A stretch of DNA of 64,000 nt, from the IMG/VR virus record IMGVR_UViG_3300003323_001324, positions 1 to 64,000 of that record; one strand, written 5' to 3'. The first letter of the stretch is position 1, and every line of letters starts with the position of its first letter. This stretch comes from a virus. Below, piece after piece: positions 28,339 through 36,814 of this stretch. Both the position numbers and the translations under genes were made by a program. The notes under the pieces are model-generated. The model ran no database searches. It worked only from the letters and a program-made list of their open reading frames with translations, and was not told the DNA's origin.

Positions 28339-29454
28339 ATGTCACGCAAGTTCAAGAAGCTCGTGCGCTCTGTCTCCGAGAAGTCCGGCGTCTCCCACGC
28401 CGGGGCCGTCAACCTCCTTCGCCGCGGGAACCCCGCCCCTGTCAGGGCGCTCGACCCCGTCCTCATCCGCTCGGGCGCGAAGGCCCTCGCCGGGAAGCAC
28501 ACGCACGAGGCCGGCGTCGTCTCCGCCGTCCTCGACGACGGGGACGTCATGGTCACCCCGGCCGAGCCCCGGTCCACGCAGGGCGGCATCTCCTTCTGGA
28601 GGCACGAGGAGCCCGCCCGCTACTCGGCCGCGGACGTCCGGCACTTTCCCCTCAAGAAGGGGGAGAGGTTCGCCCGGTTCGTGGAGGACGTGTTCGACGT
28701 CCGCCTTTGCTTCTCCCAGTCCTCGGACGAGCCCGTCCTCTACGGGCACAACCGTCCGGCCATGTACGAGAATGGGACTCCTCTCCACTATGTGATCATG
28801 GATAAGCCCGTCGGGAAGACGTCGTACGTGATCGGCGAAGAGGGCGAGAGCATCCTCGCGATAGCGAAGCCGCGCCGTGTTATCATCCCCCTCTGGAAGA
28901 CCTCGGCGGACTTTCTCGACAATGATAGGATAGTCGGCTTCGACGCGGTGAAGATCCGCCGCGCTGTCCGCGATCGGATGCTCGCCCTCATCGACGCCTC
29001 GAACTTCGTGCACGACCTGCTCGCGGCCGGCCCCGACTGCGGCCCGCGGGGCGAGCCTGTCCACCTCTCCTCCCCTCCGGACGGGGCCGAATGGTACGTC
29101 GCCGACCTCGACGACCACCTCTCCCCGGACTGCGGTATGCTCCTCGACGCTCCTCCGCTTCACTCGCCGTTCCGCTACGGATGCGGTCGCGGGAAGATCG
29201 GGAGGTGGGTGTCCGGCCCGACCTTCTCCGGCCTCTATCTCTGCGAGGGCGAGACCTCGGTCGTCTCCCCGAGGACATGCCGGGCCTGCCGCTCTCCCCT
29301 CCGTCCGGAGAACCTCCGGATTGCGGACGGTTGCCCGTGTAACTCCCCGCGCGGGGTGAACCACGGCCTCGTGCCGACGGACACCTGCACCTGCCCGGAG
29401 TGCGATCCTGCGCAGACCGGGAGCACTCGCTATTCCGCCGTCAGCGGACCCTGA
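28339..29454 (+). CDS. Mosaic protein: basic N-terminal helix domain, MCP-derived segment, C-terminal Cys cluster
   Basis: SYVIGEEGESILAIAKPRRVIIPL aligns with MCP AYVIGEEGESITAVMKPRRVIFPL; C-terminal CRAC..CPC..CTCPEC. Confidence 0.75.
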   Translation: MSRKFKKLVRSVSEKSGVSHAGAVNLLRRGNPAPVRALDPVLIRSGAKALAGKHTHEAGVVSAVLDDGDVMVTPAEPRSTQGGISFWRHEEPARYSAADVRHFPLKKGERFARFVEDVFDVRLCFSQSSDEPVLYGHNRPAMYENGTPLHYVIMDKPVGKTSYVIGEEGESILAIAKPRRVIIPLWKTSADFLDNDRIVGFDAVKIRRAVRDRMLALIDASNFVHDLLAAGPDCGPRGEPVHLSSPPDGAEWYVADLDDHLSPDCGMLLDAPPLHSPFRYGCGRGKIGRWVSGPTFSGLYLCEGETSVVSPRTCRACRSPLRPENLRIADGCPCNSPRGVNHGLVPTDTCTCPECDPAQTGSTRYSAVSGP

Positions 29455-29629
29455 TCGTCGGGCCTCCCGTCAGGAGCCCGAGCCCCTGAAGGACCCAGAG
29501 CAGGAGGCAGACCACGACGACCACGGACAGGAGGGTCTTTATCCTCGCGTCCATGGGGATGAACGTCTGGATCGCCCAGACGAGGAAGCCGACGAGGGCG
29601 AGGACCAGGATCAGGGTTACGAGGCTCAT
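29441..29629 (-). CDS. Small two-TM membrane protein (Thivi_2564-like)
   Basis: LILVLALVGFLVWAIQTFIPMDARIKTLL..VVVCLLLWVLQGLG. Confidence 0.8.
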   Translation of the reverse strand: MSLVTLILVLALVGFLVWAIQTFIPMDARIKTLLSVVVVVCLLLWVLQGLGLLTGGPTIRVR

Positions 29630-29757
29630 GGTAACCCTGACTGTGCAATGAGCGTTCCATCCCCCTCTCGGGGGATCCGGGGGTCTCCCCCGTTGCGCGG
29701 TCGCCCCGCCGTTCACCTCCGCCACGTTCCTGGGCACCTCGGGCGTAAGCTCGCCCC

Positions 29758-30048
29758 GTGACGGACCATGACTGGGAGGAGGTGCCCCTCGAGCCCACGA
29801 CGCGCTCGACGTCCGAGTTCGAGGTTCCGTCCCGGGAGGACCCCTCTCTGCTCCAGCGCGTGAGCGTGAACCTCGAGCTCAACTGGGTCTACGCCCGGAA
29901 GGTCGGGGAGAGCGAGGACGGCTCGGCCGTGCTCGGCCGGATCACGAGCCTCCGCAGGTGCCGCGCCTGCCTCCAGGAGTCGACGAACGGCGAGGAGCCG
30001 GAGGAGGGTTGCGGGGCCCGGCAGGTCCGGAGGGTGATGGAGGAATGA
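29758..30048 (+). CDS. Hypothetical Zn-binding protein with C-terminal VMEE tag
   Basis: HDW..CRAC..C; ends QVRRVMEE*. Confidence 0.7.
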   Translation: MTDHDWEEVPLEPTTRSTSEFEVPSREDPSLLQRVSVNLELNWVYARKVGESEDGSAVLGRITSLRRCRACLQESTNGEEPEEGCGARQVRRVMEE

Positions 30049-30449
30049 CCTGCCGGCACCGCTTCGTGGCCGTCGGCCCCTACGTCCAGTGCGACCTGTG
30101 CAAGGGCGGCAGGGAGCTCCGCGGATGGAAGGCCGCCTGCAGGCGCCTCCTCGGGCCGCGTCCGGCGGAGCGCACCGCCATCATCGTCAACGACCGGGGA
30201 GAGGTCTTCGTCGGATGGCGATCCGCCGTCTCGCTCTCCGAGAGCGGCTACGAGACCTATTACTCCGTCCCGTGCTTCGCGAGGGTCAAGAGGGTCGTCG
30301 TGGAGCCGGGCCACCTCCGCCCGATGGGGACGGAGGTCGGGGACGTCTACTACCTGAACTCCCCTAAGGTCTACGGCTCCGTGCGGGCGGCCGAGCGCGC
30401 GGCGAGGCGCATCGGGGGCTTCCCTAGCCGCCTCGCCGTGGTCTACTGA
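30045..30449 (+). CDS. Hypothetical protein
   Basis: ATGA overlap with the upstream gene; CxH..CxxC. Confidence 0.65.
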   Translation: MTCRHRFVAVGPYVQCDLCKGGRELRGWKAACRRLLGPRPAERTAIIVNDRGEVFVGWRSAVSLSESGYETYYSVPCFARVKRVVVEPGHLRPMGTEVGDVYYLNSPKVYGSVRAAERAARRIGGFPSRLAVVY

Positions 30450-30682
30450 GTCGGCCTTTCCGCCATTGCCCTCTCTATCGCCTCCCGGAACTCTTCCCTG
30501 AACCCTGGCCGCTCCTCGAACGCCCTGTTGACGGCGGCCTCCATCGCGTGGGCGACGGGCCCGCAGTGCGCGCACCAGTGCATGACGGCCCCGCCCTTCA
30601 CGTCCGTGTAGTCCATCCGGTAGCGCGGGTCGGCCTCCTTCAGGCACGCGGGGTTGTCCCCGTAGTCGTGGCAGAGCTCCAT
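30443..30682 (-). CDS. Hypothetical Cys-containing protein
   Basis: GTACGCT motif 6 nt before ATG on the minus strand. Confidence 0.65.
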   Translation of the reverse strand: MELCHDYGDNPACLKEADPRYRMDYTDVKGGAVMHWCAHCGPVAHAMEAAVNRAFEERPGFREEFREAIERAMAERPTQ

Positions 30683-30687
30683 GAGCG

Positions 30688-30699
30688 GAGCGTACGCTC
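30688..30699. promoter_or_regulatory. Palindromic bidirectional promoter (-10-like GTACGCT on both strands)
   Basis: Perfect palindrome gagcgtacgctc in a 21-bp gap between divergent start codons. Confidence 0.7.
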
Positions 30700-30703
30700 G
30701 GCC

Positions 30704-31222
30704 GTGGACGAACCCTGTAACTGCTACGACTGCCAGCTTGTGAGGGCCGGGTGCGCCCCTCCGGACCTTCACGCCATGGGGGCCCTAAGCGTGTGGCAGA
30801 GGCACTACCCCGAGGGCGCGAAGGTCGCCGCCCTCCCGGCGGTCGTCCGCGGCTCCCCTGGCGAGGGCGGCGCGTTCTCGATGGAGAGGGCCAACGTGAT
30901 CCTCCGGGCCGCGAGGGCGAGGAGGAGGTTCGAGCGCGGGGTCCCCGTCGTCCCCCTGGAGAGGGCCGACCTGCTGGCGACGCTCCAGCGCCGGCGCGCC
31001 CAGTACATGCAGACCGCTCCCCCTCCGGAGCTCCCCGACTGGATGACGACGGAGCCCGAGGTCCTCCGCATCGCCTCCCCCGGGACCTCCTTCCCCTGCC
31101 AGTGCGGGAGGCCCGCCGTCGCCCGCCTACGCCACAAGGGGGCCGGGATCTTCACCATCTCCGCCGTGACCGGGAGCATGTGCTGCTCTCACGTCGTCCC
31201 CGAGCTGGAGGAGACCGAGTAG
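30704..31222 (+). CDS. Hypothetical Cys-rich protein
   Basis: GTG start 5 nt after GTACGCT; CNCYDC and CQC..CCSH. Confidence 0.65.
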   Translation: MDEPCNCYDCQLVRAGCAPPDLHAMGALSVWQRHYPEGAKVAALPAVVRGSPGEGGAFSMERANVILRAARARRRFERGVPVVPLERADLLATLQRRRAQYMQTAPPPELPDWMTTEPEVLRIASPGTSFPCQCGRPAVARLRHKGAGIFTISAVTGSMCCSHVVPELEETE

Positions 31223-31252
31223 GTCCTCGGGACGGCGGCTGTAACGTCGGCC

Positions 31253-31465
31253 GTGCCCAAGACCAAGTCCTCCCCGTCCCCGTCCTCCAAGGCGGGGATC
31301 ACCAGGAAGCGCGGCTTCGTCAAGCCTCCGTCCGCCCGGACCCCGGCGGCCTCCCTGCCTCCCCTCTCCCAGACGGAGGCCCTTCACGAGCGGCTGGAGG
31401 AGCGCGCCCTCAACAAGGCCTGGGAGGAGAACCGCCTGACGGCGCCGCTCAAGGGCATGCACTGA
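31253..31465 (+). CDS. Hypothetical basic protein
   Basis: GTAACGT motif 5 nt before GTG. Confidence 0.6.
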   Translation: MPKTKSSPSPSSKAGITRKRGFVKPPSARTPAASLPPLSQTEALHERLEERALNKAWEENRLTAPLKGMH

Positions 31466-31502
31466 CCCCGTAGGTCTCCCCTCCGCCCCCGTAGTCTCGG
31501 GC

Positions 31503-31823
31503 ATGCGGTTCTACATCCTCACCCGTCAGCCCGGCGAGGGCTGCGACTACACCATCGGCTGCGGCATGCGCTGGGCACTCATCGAGGCCGGCACTGTCGA
31601 GGAGGCGGCGATCATGGCCGCCCAGAAGGTCCGGGACCGAGGCTGGCGCGGGGAGGGTGCCGACAAGGCCATCCTCGTCCCGGCCGACTCCGCCGTCGAC
31701 CTGGCTCCCCTCCTCGACGCGGACGTCGCCCGGGAGGCGGCCGAGCGGGACTTCGCGGAGCGGCAGAAGACCGAGGCCTCCGAGCGCGCGGAGTACGAGC
31801 GCCTCCACAAGAAGTATGGCTGA
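31503..31823 (+). CDS. Hypothetical phage protein
   Basis: QPGEGCDYTIGCG; C-terminal EYERLHKKYG. Confidence 0.75.
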   Translation: MRFYILTRQPGEGCDYTIGCGMRWALIEAGTVEEAAIMAAQKVRDRGWRGEGADKAILVPADSAVDLAPLLDADVAREAAERDFAERQKTEASERAEYERLHKKYG

Positions 31824-32241
31824 GGTCGTCCACGTCCGACAGCCCGCCGGGAAGCCGTACTGCGGCCAGTCCGTGCTCGCCATGGTCCTCGGCCTCGACC
31901 TCTGCGCCGGCATCGTCAGGATGGAGCACGCCCGGAGCACCAGGACCCGCGAGCTCGTGGACGCCCTGGGCGACCACGCCCTCGACACGCGGCTTCGGCT
32001 CGTGAACAAGACCCATCTCCTGGACCTCCCCGACCCCTGCGTCCTGAAGGTCCGGTGGAAGAAGGGGAGCCACTACGTCCTGCGCGTCGGCCTGACGGTC
32101 CACGACCCCATCATGCCGCGGGGCCTGGACGTCCTCTACTGGGCGGAGTGGCTGGCGACGGTCGGCGGCCGCGTCACGAGCTACCTCCGCGTCCGCCTCG
32201 CCGAAGGTCCGCCCTCCATCGTCGTAACGCCGGGCGCATGA
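31816..32241 (+). CDS. C39/papain-like cysteine peptidase domain protein
   Basis: RQ....CGQSVLAM, HYV, HDP (Q-C-H-D set). Confidence 0.7.
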   Translation: MAEVVHVRQPAGKPYCGQSVLAMVLGLDLCAGIVRMEHARSTRTRELVDALGDHALDTRLRLVNKTHLLDLPDPCVLKVRWKKGSHYVLRVGLTVHDPIMPRGLDVLYWAEWLATVGGRVTSYLRVRLAEGPPSIVVTPGA

Positions 32242-32660
32242 GGCTCTACATCCCTGCCTGCGGCGACCGCCTGACCCTCTCCGCCCCCTGGACCTTCCAC
32301 CTCTACCTCGAGCACCGGAACGCCGAGTTCGCGAAGATCAGGGGCGTCTGGCCCGACGGGGCGAAGGGCTGGTCCCTGTATACCGCGGGGGACCTCCGCC
32401 GCGAGGAGGTGACCCTCCCGGCCGGCACTGTCCTTTGCTGCGACCGCGTCTACATCCGCACCCAGAACAAGTCTCGCGTCCACGCTGAGGACGACTACGA
32501 CAGCGTCACGTGGAAGGTCCTCGGCCCGAACGGCAAGCAGCTCAAGAAGCAGCGCTTCTGGGCGAAGCTCCACCAGGTCATCGAGATCGAGTACGACCCC
32601 GAGAGCCTGATGACCTACCGGGACATGGTGAAGCTCCCGAAGCTGATCATGGAGTCGTGA
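32238..32660 (+). CDS. Hypothetical phage protein with C-terminal IMES tag
   Basis: LYIP..GD.L.L..WTF.L..E.RN, LPAGT.L..DRVYIR, RFWAKL; ends PKLIMES*. Confidence 0.75.
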   Translation: MRLYIPACGDRLTLSAPWTFHLYLEHRNAEFAKIRGVWPDGAKGWSLYTAGDLRREEVTLPAGTVLCCDRVYIRTQNKSRVHAEDDYDSVTWKVLGPNGKQLKKQRFWAKLHQVIEIEYDPESLMTYRDMVKLPKLIMES

Positions 32661-32684
32661 GGCTCCCCGACCGTAAGGTCGGGC

Positions 32685-32972
32685 ATGACGTCAAGAGACT
32701 TCTGCTACTGGCTGCAGGGCGCCATGGAGCTCGGCCAGGTCAAGAGCCTGAGCGAGGAGCAGACCACGGTCCTACGGAACCACCTGAACATGGTGTTCGT
32801 CCACGAGATAGACCCGTCCCTCGGCGACGAGGCCCACAAGGAGGAGGTCCGGAGGGCGCACGAGGGGCCGGAGGCCTCCACGGCAACCCCCGCCGGCCGC
32901 CCTGGCCTCGTCCGCCCCGGCCTCCCTGGAGGAGGGTCCTTCGACCCCCACACGACCAGGATCATGTGCTAG
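32685..32972 (+). CDS. Hypothetical phage protein
   Basis: MTSRDFCYWLQG..HLNMVF; GTAAGGT motif upstream. Confidence 0.75.
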   Translation: MTSRDFCYWLQGAMELGQVKSLSEEQTTVLRNHLNMVFVHEIDPSLGDEAHKEEVRRAHEGPEASTATPAGRPGLVRPGLPGGGSFDPHTTRIMC

Positions 32973-33421
32973 GACTCGAGGACCGACCGGACCACCGCCG
33001 CGTCCACGAGCTGCATAAGCTCCTCCCTCGTGACCCCGACGTCCAGCAGATAGACGAGGAGATCCTCTATCTCCGTGGCGAGCTTTCTCGGCTCGTTCTT
33101 GAGCCTGGCGATGACCACCTCGGCCTTCGCCTTGTCGCCCTTCACCGCCATCTCGAACTCCACGAGGGCGCCTTGCGGCCTCACCTCCTCGATGAGGACC
33201 TCCGTCATCGCCCCGTCCTTCTCCTTGAAGGAGACCTTCGACCGGCGGACGGGCTCCCTCCCCGGCGCCGACGGGAGGACGTGGTAGACGTGGGTCGCCG
33301 CGGCGGACCTTATCCGCCTCCCGCCCCTCGCGGACGGCCAGCCGTCCCTCAGGTGCTCCAGGGCGCGGCCGACCTCCCGGTCCACCTGTTCTCTCATCGC
33401 GCGGTCGAGCGGGGACGTCAT
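32969..33421 (-). CDS. Hypothetical protein with C-terminal VLES tag
   Basis: GAGGAG RBS; ends VVRSVLES*. Confidence 0.7.
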   Translation of the reverse strand: MTSPLDRAMREQVDREVGRALEHLRDGWPSARGGRRIRSAAATHVYHVLPSAPGREPVRRSKVSFKEKDGAMTEVLIEEVRPQGALVEFEMAVKGDKAKAEVVIARLKNEPRKLATEIEDLLVYLLDVGVTREELMQLVDAAVVRSVLES

Positions 33422-33467
33422 CCCCTCCTCTATCCCGGGCGACCCCGGACCTCCGTAGCGTTTCCTT

Positions 33468-33698
33468 ATGGATTCCACCTGCATGCGCGTCGTGTCGACG
33501 GGCGACGTCAACATCACCTCGAGCTCTCCTCCCGCCGTCGTCGGGACCTGCTCCCAGTGCGGGGGCCGCGTCTGCGTCCCCACCTTCGTGCAGGTCGGCG
33601 TGACCGACGAGACCCCGACCTGCGCCGACTGCGGCGCCCGGAAGGTCTTGCCGGCGCACGGGCCCGTCGTCGAGACCCGCGGCGGGCGTAAGGGATAG
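33468..33698 (+). CDS. Zinc-ribbon protein
   Basis: CSQCGG..CADCGA; GTAGCGT motif 6 nt before ATG. Confidence 0.7.
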   Translation: MDSTCMRVVSTGDVNITSSSPPAVVGTCSQCGGRVCVPTFVQVGVTDETPTCADCGARKVLPAHGPVVETRGGRKG

Positions 33699-33700
33699 GG

Positions 33701-33874
33701 ATGCCGAGGTGCGTCGACTGCGGGGACAAGGACCTTCCTGAGAGCGCCTTCTACCGGGCTACCGGGAAGAGGCTCGGGAAGAGGTGCAAGGTGCACGAGA
33801 GGGCCCGGAAGGACCGGGTCGCCGCGGAGAAGGTCGACCGGCAGAACCGGCAAGAGCACGGGAGGCCCGCGTGA
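33701..33874 (+). CDS. Small zinc-finger protein (57 aa, below the ORF-track cutoff)
   Basis: MPRCVDCG..CKVH; stop overlaps the next GTG. Confidence 0.6.
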   Translation: MPRCVDCGDKDLPESAFYRATGKRLGKRCKVHERARKDRVAAEKVDRQNRQEHGRPA

Positions 33875-34173
33875 GCAAGCCATGGGCCCAGGTCGCGGCC
33901 GTCGCCTTCTACGCGCTGGCCCTCGGGTTCACCGGGTGGGCAGCCTTCATCCGCGAGGACTACGTGGCCTCGGCCGACCCGGAGGTGGTCGCCCAGCTCC
34001 AGGAGGCCGACCCGTCCGGCGCCCGCGCCAAGGCCTACGAGGCCGGCCTCGCCCAGCTCACCGAAAGCGCCAAGAAGAGGCAGGACCTGGCCTACCAGAG
34101 CTTCTCTTTGCTCCTCGGGGCCGCCATCGGGTACGTCGCCGGCCAGGCCTCCCGGCGTAACGTCGCGCGATGA
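33871..34173 (+). CDS. Small two-TM membrane protein
   Basis: GGAGG RBS; two hydrophobic helices. Confidence 0.65.
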   Translation: MSKPWAQVAAVAFYALALGFTGWAAFIREDYVASADPEVVAQLQEADPSGARAKAYEAGLAQLTESAKKRQDLAYQSFSLLLGAAIGYVAGQASRRNVAR

Positions 34174-34751
34174 CAAGCCCCGACTACGACGCCGAGTGCC
34201 GCGACTACCTCAAGTCTCTGATCCGCCAGTACTCCATCCGGGTCTCGGAGAGCGAGTTCACCCTCTCCTCGGGCGAGAAGAGCAAGGTCTACTGTGACCT
34301 GAAGAAGAGCGTCCTCCGTCACGACGCGGCGGAGGCCCTGGCGAGGCTGATCCATCGAGCGTCCGAGCCCTTCGGCCCCGTCGACGCCTACGCGGGCGTC
34401 GCCCTCGGCGGGTGCCACCTTGCCTCCGTGGCCTCCACCCTCTCGGACCGGGCCGCCGCCCTTCACGTCCGCAAGGAGGCCAAGGACCACGGGACGAAGA
34501 ACCTGGTCGAGGCCCCCGAGCTCCCTCCGGACTCGAGGGTCGTCCTGGTCGAGGACGTCACCACGACCGCCGGCTCCGCCCTCCGCGCCCTCGAGGCCCT
34601 GAAGGCCGGCGGCCACAACGTCGTGGCCGTCGTCACCGTGGTCGACCGCCGCGGCGCCTGGACCTTGGAGGAGCCCGCGCCCGAGGTCGGCGGCGTCCCG
34701 ATCGTCGCTCTCTACAGGCTCGAGGAGTTCTTCGACTCCAAGCCCGTCTAG
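34170..34751 (+). CDS. pyrE: Orotate phosphoribosyltransferase
   Basis: FTLSSG..S..YCDLK, RKEAKDHG, VEDVTTTAGS. Confidence 0.92.
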   Translation: MTSPDYDAECRDYLKSLIRQYSIRVSESEFTLSSGEKSKVYCDLKKSVLRHDAAEALARLIHRASEPFGPVDAYAGVALGGCHLASVASTLSDRAAALHVRKEAKDHGTKNLVEAPELPPDSRVVLVEDVTTTAGSALRALEALKAGGHNVVAVVTVVDRRGAWTLEEPAPEVGGVPIVALYRLEEFFDSKPV

Positions 34752-34818
34752 AAGACGGCCTCGTTCGAGAGGCCGACCTTTCCCGGAAGAAAGTCGGCCT
34801 CTCCGTGCATCCCGGGCC

Positions 34819-36771
34819 TCAGTCTTGCTCGTCCTCCTCTCCGAGGGCGCTGCTCGTTCTGCGTACCTTCCGGTTCCCGGCCTTATACTCCTCGGCCTCG
34901 AGGAGGAGCGGTGCCCACTTCAGGTACTCCGCCCGTGTCCTCGGGTCGTTGAAGAACTGTCTGAAGTCCCCGGGCTGATAGGCGTCGACGTTCAGCACGG
35001 CCGAGGAGTGGATGGTGATGGTCGTGAGGATCCGGGGCTCTCGCTCTCTCCAGTCCGAGACCCTTCTCCTCCACCACTTGTACGTGAGCTTTCCCGTCTT
35101 GGTCGCCGCGGCGATCCGGGCGAACTGGCCCGGCCCGGGGTTCCCGTACGGCTCGTGCTCCTCCGGGAGGTACGTCCTGTCCCGCGTCCTGTAGTCGGCC
35201 TGGAGCCTCTTTCTCTCCTTCTCGCCCTCGTGCCTGCGCCAGGCCTTCTGCTGGCCGACCGTGACCGTCCCGGCCCTGATCGACGCGTTCAGCCTCGCCC
35301 GGTACGCCTCGAAGTCCGGCCTCTCTCCTCCGACCAGGGCGCGCGACTCATCGTACTCGAGCTCGAGGGCGGCCTGGAACCCCTCGGGCGTCCAGATCTT
35401 CCATCCGGGGTGCGGGTGCAGGACCTCCGAGCGGTCGAGCAGGCCCTGCAGGACGAGCACTATCCGGTTGTGGTGCTCGATCTCCTTGTGCCTCTTCCTC
35501 AGGATGTCGTCGTACAGGACGTTGGTCTGGTCGAAGGGGACGTACTCCTTGTGCGGCGCCCTCTCCTCCCAGCGGTTCGCCATTATCCCGCTCTCGTCCT
35601 TCGCCCTCTTCGCCGCCCTGAGGTCCTCCTTCCTCTTCTTCTCCCTCTTCTCCCACTCCTTCTTCATCTGGAGGTACTCCCCCTCCGTGATCATCGGGTC
35701 TTTCGTCAGCCCGACGAAGGTCTTGGCCCACATCCTCTCCGTCCCCTTGAGCGAGACGTCCATGTCGGGGAAGAGCTTTTCCCCGAAGTCGATGGCCGTC
35801 CTCATGCGGTATAGGCGCTCCCCGTTCCGGATGTAGAGGAACGTCGTCTCGTCGGCCTTGCTCTCGTCGTTCATCAGCATGCTGATGAACCCTTGCAGGC
35901 TCGTGGCGGCTCGCTCCTTCCTGTCCCTCCGGACCCTGAACGCCGTGACGCACCGGGGGTGCGGGAGGAGCCTGGACAGGTTGGCCTCCCTGGCTATCCA
36001 CTCGTCGAAGTCCCCGATGTCCTTGAACTCCATGCCTCCGACCTCGTACTGGGCCAGGCACTCTTCGTCCATGTAGCACCGGCGCTGCATGAGGTGGACC
36101 TTCTCCGCCACCCCCGCGGGCTCGCCCTCCCTCACTACCTTGACCTGCTCCGAGAGGCCGGCGTAGAGGTCGACGTTGAAGATCCTCCCCTCGATGAGGT
36201 CTATCGTCCCCTTCAGGCTCTCGGCCTCCGCCCGTAGCGGGATGAGCTTCGCCTTCATCCAGAGGGACGTCGTCTTGTTCGAGTCCTTGATCTCGTCGAA
36301 CAGCTTGGGGAGGGTCTCCTTCTTTGCCCTCACCAGGGCCGCCTTGTGCTCCTCGGCCGAGACCGACGAGTCCATCCTCGCCAGGGCCTGCCCCTCGCTC
36401 CCGGTCCCGAGCCCGGGCGCGCTGGTGAGGGCGAGGCGGGCCGTGATGTCCCGGACCTGCTCCATGAGCTGGTTCGTCCGCCGCTGCGAGGACTCGATGC
36501 CCTGCGCGATGACCGGGTCCGGGTCCGGCTCCGGGCGACACCTCTCGTCCCAGTGGTCGAAGTGGATGCGCTCGGTCTCGCGCCCGACGACCGGGTCGAC
36601 CTCGGCGTAGTTGGACCCGACCTTCACGATGCAGGACAGGAACTCTTCCTCCTCTCCCTCCCGGTTCTGGAACTTCGTCCAGAACCACTGCCCGACCTCC
36701 AGGTCCCGCCCTCCGTCCTCGAGGGACTGCCTCCCCGCCGCCTTGGGGACGACCTGGATCTTCTTCGTCAT
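34819..36771 (-). CDS. Large hypothetical coiled-coil protein (650 aa)
   Basis: GGAGG RBS; uninterrupted frame; LYAGL, QRRCYMDEE, LQGLLDRS. Confidence 0.8.
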   Translation of the reverse strand: MTKKIQVVPKAAGRQSLEDGGRDLEVGQWFWTKFQNREGEEEEFLSCIVKVGSNYAEVDPVVGRETERIHFDHWDERCRPEPDPDPVIAQGIESSQRRTNQLMEQVRDITARLALTSAPGLGTGSEGQALARMDSSVSAEEHKAALVRAKKETLPKLFDEIKDSNKTTSLWMKAKLIPLRAEAESLKGTIDLIEGRIFNVDLYAGLSEQVKVVREGEPAGVAEKVHLMQRRCYMDEECLAQYEVGGMEFKDIGDFDEWIAREANLSRLLPHPRCVTAFRVRRDRKERAATSLQGFISMLMNDESKADETTFLYIRNGERLYRMRTAIDFGEKLFPDMDVSLKGTERMWAKTFVGLTKDPMITEGEYLQMKKEWEKREKKRKEDLRAAKRAKDESGIMANRWEERAPHKEYVPFDQTNVLYDDILRKRHKEIEHHNRIVLVLQGLLDRSEVLHPHPGWKIWTPEGFQAALELEYDESRALVGGERPDFEAYRARLNASIRAGTVTVGQQKAWRRHEGEKERKRLQADYRTRDRTYLPEEHEPYGNPGPGQFARIAAATKTGKLTYKWWRRRVSDWREREPRILTTITIHSSAVLNVDAYQPGDFRQFFNDPRTRAEYLKWAPLLLEAEEYKAGNRKVRRTSSALGEEDEQD

Positions 36772-36814
36772 TCCTCCCCGTACGCTCGGAGTCCCCCGGT
36801 TTCCGGTTGTACCG

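Noticed and set aside
23532-28854. MCP repeat pair as a DGR template/variable repeat
   Set aside because: Flanking mismatches are not adenine-specific, and there is no reverse transcriptase or Avd gene in the window.
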